A stretch of 64,000 bases of DNA, taken from Oscillospiraceae bacterium. Lineage in GTDB: Bacteria; Bacillota; Clostridia; UMGS1810. Of this stretch, positions 59,353-64,000 are shown piece by piece. The stretch covers positions 276 through 64,275 of the forward strand of contig SVJU01000008.1 in NCBI GenBank assembly GCA_015068825.1, given 5' to 3'. The notes below the pieces were generated by a model, which ran no database searches, was not told where the DNA came from, and saw nothing but the letters and a program-made list of their open reading frames with translations. A program made the translations under genes and the position numbers. The stretch's first letter is position 1. The number at the start of each line of letters is the position of its first letter.

Positions 59353-60468
59353 ATGAAAATGACAGGAATTATTTTTTCTAACATTTATGACAACACACTT
59401 GGTGAGCTTACCAAAAAAAGAACAGTTGCATCAGTACCCTTTGGCGGAAGATACCGTCAGATAGACTTTGTTTTATCTAATATGGTAAATTCAAACATCA
59501 CAAAAGTCGGTGTTATTACAAAATATCATTATCAGTCGCTTATGGACCATTTGGGTTCGGCAGGTGCGTGGGATTTAGACAGAAAAAACGGAGGATTATA
59601 CATTATTCCGCCGTTTGCAAATATGAGTACCGAAATTTACAGAGGAAAGCTTGAAGCTTTATATGGAGCATTATCTTTCCTTAAAAAAGCGGGGAGCGAT
59701 TATGTAGTACTTTGCGACAGTGTTGTTATTTGCAACATTGATTTTGAAAAGGTTTTGGAATCTCACATTAAATCTGGTGCAGATGTTACCTGTGTTGCAA
59801 ACAAAGAAGCGGAAAATATGAAAGAAGAAAGCAAGCTTTTGTTAAAGATTGATGATAACGGTTTTGCAAAAGATATAACTATAAACTGCATACCCGAAGA
59901 TGACGACTATGCAGGCATGGGTATGTTTATTATGGAAAGAGAAAAGCTTGTTGAGGTTGTTGAAAAAAGCGTTGCTCACGGATTTTATCATTTTGAAAAG
60001 GATTATTTGCAATATGAGTTCAATCAGGGTAATCTTTCGGTAAATGTTTATAAATTTAATGATGTTGTTCTTAAAAACAGCAGTGTAGCATCTTATTTTA
60101 AAAACAATTTCAAGCTTTTGGATTATGATGTGAGAAAGAGTATTTTTAACCCAAGAGCACCAATTTATACAAAGGTGCGTGACGAAGCTCCCACTTATTA
60201 CGGCGAAGGCTCAAAAGCTGACGATTGCCTTATTGCAGATGGTTGCAAAATTATGGGAGAGGCAGAAAATTCGGTTATTTTCAGAGATGTTGTAATTGAA
60301 AAAGGGGCAAAAGTTAAAAACGCAATTATTATGCAGGGCTCAAAAATAGGTAAGGACAGCGTTATTGAAAATGTTATTATAGACAAAGATGTTGAGGTTG
60401 GCATGGGAAGAACTTTAATTGGTGCTTCTATTTCTCCTCTTATTATAAGTAAAGGCGAAAAAATTTAA
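59353..60468 (+). CDS. glgD: ADP-glucose pyrophosphorylase subunit GlgD
   Basis: VASVPFGGRYRQIDFVLSN without the GxGxRL motif; directly follows glgC. Confidence 0.93.
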   Translation: MKMTGIIFSNIYDNTLGELTKKRTVASVPFGGRYRQIDFVLSNMVNSNITKVGVITKYHYQSLMDHLGSAGAWDLDRKNGGLYIIPPFANMSTEIYRGKLEALYGALSFLKKAGSDYVVLCDSVVICNIDFEKVLESHIKSGADVTCVANKEAENMKEESKLLLKIDDNGFAKDITINCIPEDDDYAGMGMFIMEREKLVEVVEKSVAHGFYHFEKDYLQYEFNQGNLSVNVYKFNDVVLKNSSVASYFKNNFKLLDYDVRKSIFNPRAPIYTKVRDEAPTYYGEGSKADDCLIADGCKIMGEAENSVIFRDVVIEKGAKVKNAIIMQGSKIGKDSVIENVIIDKDVEVGMGRTLIGASISPLIISKGEKI

Positions 60469-60495
60469 AACTTTTACAAAGGCGGTGAGGCTGAT

Positions 60496-61929
60496 ATGAA
60501 GAAAATACAGCTCTTTGTTCTGATATATATTCTGATTTTGTTTTCATCTTGTGTTTATGCTAATGACTTAGGTTATGTTGTTGACACTGACATTACTGCG
60601 TTTATTGACTCATCGCCCATAAATTCTTATAATTATAAAAACAACACTTTTATTATTGCAGAGGATTTGTTAAATTACGGATTTGATGTTGTCTGGTCCG
60701 AAAGCGAAAGAAGCCTTACAATAAATCGTAAAAATAAAGTTTTTGCTCCTTTTGTTGATGAATTTATAAATTCTAAAAAGAATGCCGAAATTGGAAAAAG
60801 ACTTTTTGAAATTTATCATACCGATATAAAAACTTATCTTGATGGTGAGCTTATTTTGTCTTACAATGTTGGCGGAAGAACAATTATCGGTATAGATTAC
60901 CTTTACAAATACGGCATTTGCTCGTATGATGATGCAAAAAGGCAGTATTATGTTGATATTCTGGGTATGGAAATTGAAAACAAAGAGCAAAAGGTTAACA
61001 CCGATGATGTAAAAACTGTTACCGAGAAGGGCATTTTTGAAGAAGGTAAGCTTGTTTACGGAATAAGAAATACCGTAAGACATACTCGCTTTGGCGATAT
61101 TTATAAAACCGAAACGGGCGATTTTAAAAACAATAAAATTGTTACCTATACTGATGATTTTATGGCAGAGCATATTAAAACAACATCATACAAAAATGGC
61201 GATTTGGTTTCGTTTTGCATTAATGATGACAGCTTTAAATTTGGTATAAAGCTAAATTATAAAAACAATAAAGATAAAACAACTGACCGTTACATTATTG
61301 CGACGGGTGAAAAATATTTAACCATTTCAACCTTGGATAATGAATATTTAAACGATGGTTTTTATGAAAACGGCAAAAAAATAAACGGTATTCTTTATAA
61401 AAATGGTCAAAAGCTTTATGAAGGCGAGCTTTTGGTTGAAAGTGTAGGCTTTGACAATGGTTTTAAAGGCTTTTCGCAGTATTATGACAAGCTTGATGCT
61501 TTTATGATTTATGCAAATGGCTATACAGACCAAAACGGTGTTATATATTATTTTGATAAATTTGATTCTGTTTATTATGAAGGAAACGTTGTAAACGGTG
61601 TTGCACACGGCTACGGCAAAGTATATAACAAGAAAAACGGTTTTGAAAGTGTAAAAGAAGGAAGTTATATGGTGTATGATAATAATAAATCATATACAAA
61701 TGCTTATAAAAATACTGCCCTGATATATGAAGGCAATTTTAAAGATAATCTTTTATCAGGCAGAGGTGCACTATACCATAATGGCATAAAGATTTTTGAA
61801 GGTGAGTTTTTAAATAATTTAAAAAACGGTCACGGCAGATGCTTTGATGTGACAACTGATAAAAATGGTATGGATGCATTGGTAATTTATTATGATGGAA
61901 ACTTTGTAAATGATGTTTGGCAGGGATAA
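60496..61929 (+). CDS. Secreted protein with duplicated N-terminal domain and MORN-like repeats
   Basis: Signal peptide; repeats TDITAFIDS..SYN and TDIKTYLDG..SYN; YYEGNVVNGVAHGYG, YEGNFKDNLLSGRG, FEGEFLNNLKNGHG. Confidence 0.7.
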   Translation: MKKIQLFVLIYILILFSSCVYANDLGYVVDTDITAFIDSSPINSYNYKNNTFIIAEDLLNYGFDVVWSESERSLTINRKNKVFAPFVDEFINSKKNAEIGKRLFEIYHTDIKTYLDGELILSYNVGGRTIIGIDYLYKYGICSYDDAKRQYYVDILGMEIENKEQKVNTDDVKTVTEKGIFEEGKLVYGIRNTVRHTRFGDIYKTETGDFKNNKIVTYTDDFMAEHIKTTSYKNGDLVSFCINDDSFKFGIKLNYKNNKDKTTDRYIIATGEKYLTISTLDNEYLNDGFYENGKKINGILYKNGQKLYEGELLVESVGFDNGFKGFSQYYDKLDAFMIYANGYTDQNGVIYYFDKFDSVYYEGNVVNGVAHGYGKVYNKKNGFESVKEGSYMVYDNNKSYTNAYKNTALIYEGNFKDNLLSGRGALYHNGIKIFEGEFLNNLKNGHGRCFDVTTDKNGMDALVIYYDGNFVNDVWQG

Positions 61930-61979
61930 TCACACTGCATTTGAACATAAACAAAATCATTAAAAGGAGGAAAAAGGAT

Positions 61980-63407
61980 TTGAAGATTTTATATGCTGCA
62001 TCAGAAGCGGCTCCTTTTATAAAAACAGGCGGTCTTGGCGATGTTGCCGAGTCACTCCCCCTGCAGCTTCAAAAAGAAGAGGGTGTTGAGGTAAGAGTTG
62101 TAATTCCGTATTATAAATCTATAAAAGAAAATCCGAATTTTAATATTAAATTTGTAACAAGCTTTGCTGTTGATCTTGCATGGCGAAAGGTTCATGTGGG
62201 AGTTTTTAGTGCAAAGCATAAAAATGTTACCTATTATTTTATAGATAACGAATATTATTTTCTGCGTGATGGTTGCTATGGGTTTTATGATGACGGCGAA
62301 AGATATGCTTACTTTTCAAAGGCAATTCTTGAAATGCTTATGCATATTGACTTTGATGCTGATATTATTCATTTAAACGACTGGCAGACTGCGCTTATTC
62401 CCGCGTTTTTAAAAACTCATTATGCGCATATTGAAAAATATCAGAAAATAAGAACAGTTCTTACCATTCACAATATTGAGTATCAGGGTAAGGTTCCGAA
62501 TAATTTCTTATCGTATGTTCTTGGTATGGACGAGGGTATGAGAAATGTTTTATCTTATGGCGATTGTTTGAACTTTTTAAAAAGTGCAATTGTGCTTTGC
62601 GATAAAATTACAACAGTTTCCGAAACATATTCTCACGAAATAAGATATGCTTATTATGCCCATGGCCTTGAAAATATTTTAAGCGAAAATGCGTACAAAT
62701 TATGCGGTATTACAAACGGTATAAATACCGATTTATACAGTGCTACAAAAGATAAAAATATTTATTTTAACTTTAAGGCTGGAGAGGTTTTAAGAAAACG
62801 CGACAACAAAATGGAGCTTCAAAAAGAGCTTGGTCTTGAGGTTAATGGTGATATTCCTATGGTTGCAATGATTTCGCGTCTTGTATCACACAAAGGTTTA
62901 GACCTTGTTGAGAGAGTTGCAAACGAACTTATGGCACTTGGTATTCAGTTTGTTGTTATTGGCACAGGCGATGAAAAATACGAAAATCTATTCAAGCATT
63001 TAGCTTATGTATATCCAGGCAGAATGAGTGCAAATATAACATTTAATTTAGGCCTTGCAAGCAAGGTTTATGCAGGGGCGGATATATTTTTAATGCCGTC
63101 AAAAAGTGAGCCATGCGGACTTAGCCAGCTTATTGCAATGCGCTATGGCACAATTCCTGTTGTAAGAGAAACGGGCGGACTTTTTGATACTGTTCCGGCA
63201 CTTAATACCGAAACACTTGAGGGCAGAGGCTTTACCTTTAAGGTTTACAATGCACACGATATGCTCGATGCCGTAAGGCGCGCAGTGGAGTTTTATTATG
63301 ACAAGGTAAAATACACAAAAGTAGTTAAAAACATTATGAAATACGACAGCAGCTGGAAGGTTGCAGCGAAAAAGTATATCAATGTTTACAGTCAAATCAT
63401 ACAATAA
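61980..63407 (+). CDS. glgA: Glycogen synthase (GT5)
   Basis: KTGGLGDV, HLNDWQ, ITNGI, PSKSEPCGLSQL; GGAGG upstream of TTG 61980. Confidence 0.97.
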   Translation: MKILYAASEAAPFIKTGGLGDVAESLPLQLQKEEGVEVRVVIPYYKSIKENPNFNIKFVTSFAVDLAWRKVHVGVFSAKHKNVTYYFIDNEYYFLRDGCYGFYDDGERYAYFSKAILEMLMHIDFDADIIHLNDWQTALIPAFLKTHYAHIEKYQKIRTVLTIHNIEYQGKVPNNFLSYVLGMDEGMRNVLSYGDCLNFLKSAIVLCDKITTVSETYSHEIRYAYYAHGLENILSENAYKLCGITNGINTDLYSATKDKNIYFNFKAGEVLRKRDNKMELQKELGLEVNGDIPMVAMISRLVSHKGLDLVERVANELMALGIQFVVIGTGDEKYENLFKHLAYVYPGRMSANITFNLGLASKVYAGADIFLMPSKSEPCGLSQLIAMRYGTIPVVRETGGLFDTVPALNTETLEGRGFTFKVYNAHDMLDAVRRAVEFYYDKVKYTKVVKNIMKYDSSWKVAAKKYINVYSQIIQ

Positions 63408-63444
63408 TTTATGATATATTAATTTAGTTAGGAGAATTTTCAAA

Positions 63445-64000
63445 ATGGCGTACAAAAAAGATGATATCATTAAGCTTTTAGATTCTAAATGTCTTAATAT
63501 ATTTGGTTGCACAATAGACGATGCAACCGAAAAGCAGGCATATAAATCACTTTGCTATGTGGTTAAGGACCTTCTTGCAGAAAAAAGAAGTGCATTTGCT
63601 AAAAAGTTTAAAGAGGATGAAGGAAAACAGGTTTATTATATGTCTATGGAGTTTTTGGTTGGAACTTCATTAAGAAACAACCTTTATAACCTTGGACTTG
63701 AAAGCATTTTCAAAAATGCCTTAAAGCAAAAGAAAATAGACATAACTCACCTTTATGATATGGAGCCTGACGCTGGCCTTGGTAATGGTGGTCTTGGAAG
63801 ACTGGCATCTTGTTATATGGATTCTATGACAAGTGTTGGTATGATGGGAACAGGTTTTTCTATAAGATATGAGTTTGGTATTTTCAGACAGAAAATTGTT
63901 GACGGCTGGCAGATGGAATTTCCTGATAACTGGCTTGAAATGGGCGATGTGTGGCTTAACAGGCGAGAAGACGAAGCTTTTGAGGTTAAATTTGGCGGAC
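63445..64000 (+). CDS. glgP: Glycogen phosphorylase (GT35), 3'-partial
   Basis: Translated by hand from ATG 63445: YYMSMEFLVG..EPDAGLGNGGLGRLASCYMDS..IRYEFGIFRQKIVDGWQ; not in the ORF track. Confidence 0.96.
   Translation, partial: MAYKKDDIIKLLDSKCLNIFGCTIDDATEKQAYKSLCYVVKDLLAEKRSAFAKKFKEDEGKQVYYMSMEFLVGTSLRNNLYNLGLESIFKNALKQKKIDITHLYDMEPDAGLGNGGLGRLASCYMDSMTSVGMMGTGFSIRYEFGIFRQKIVDGWQMEFPDNWLEMGDVWLNRREDEAFEVKFGG

Noticed and set aside
71-63512. The many short (60-210 aa) overlapping or antisense ORFs in the track
   Set aside because: They lie within longer, motif-supported genes and lack RBS and recognisable motifs; treated as shadow ORFs.

Overview
AT-rich bacterial DNA, by gene content most likely an anaerobic Clostridia-type Firmicute (inference from SLH proteins, CUT1 ABC transporters and sigma-A promoters). 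About 55 kb is carbohydrate-utilisation accessory DNA; the last 8 kb is a glycogen operon (glgB-glgC-glgD-[secreted MORN-like protein]-glgA-glgP, with glgP cut by the window edge). Locus 1 (2-20.4 kb) encodes two paralogous sugar-binding lipoproteins, two GH51-like enzymes, two lectin-like surface proteins, an S-layer-like protein, ABC permeases and a two-component system. It is followed by a catabolic run: three Gfo/Idh/MocA oxidoreductases, a Hyi-like isomerase, a glycyl radical enzyme with an atypical GCNW Cys loop and no activase in the window, a metallophosphoesterase, a deleted beta-PGM, GH65, GH42-like and GH130-like genes. Locus 2 (37-53 kb) repeats the surface architecture of locus 1 but carries several apparent deletion junctions. 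Main leads: (i) three secreted, otherwise unanchored proteins share a C-terminal K-[VA]-[FM]-[FL]-W-x7-P-L motif and sit next to S-layer/SLH proteins in both loci, suggesting an uncharacterised surface-assembly system; (ii) the atypical glycyl radical enzyme; (iii) at least five truncation/fusion scars that could be real decay or assembly artefacts. No rRNA, tRNA, CRISPR array or transposase was seen. All family calls are by eye from motifs; no database searches were run.
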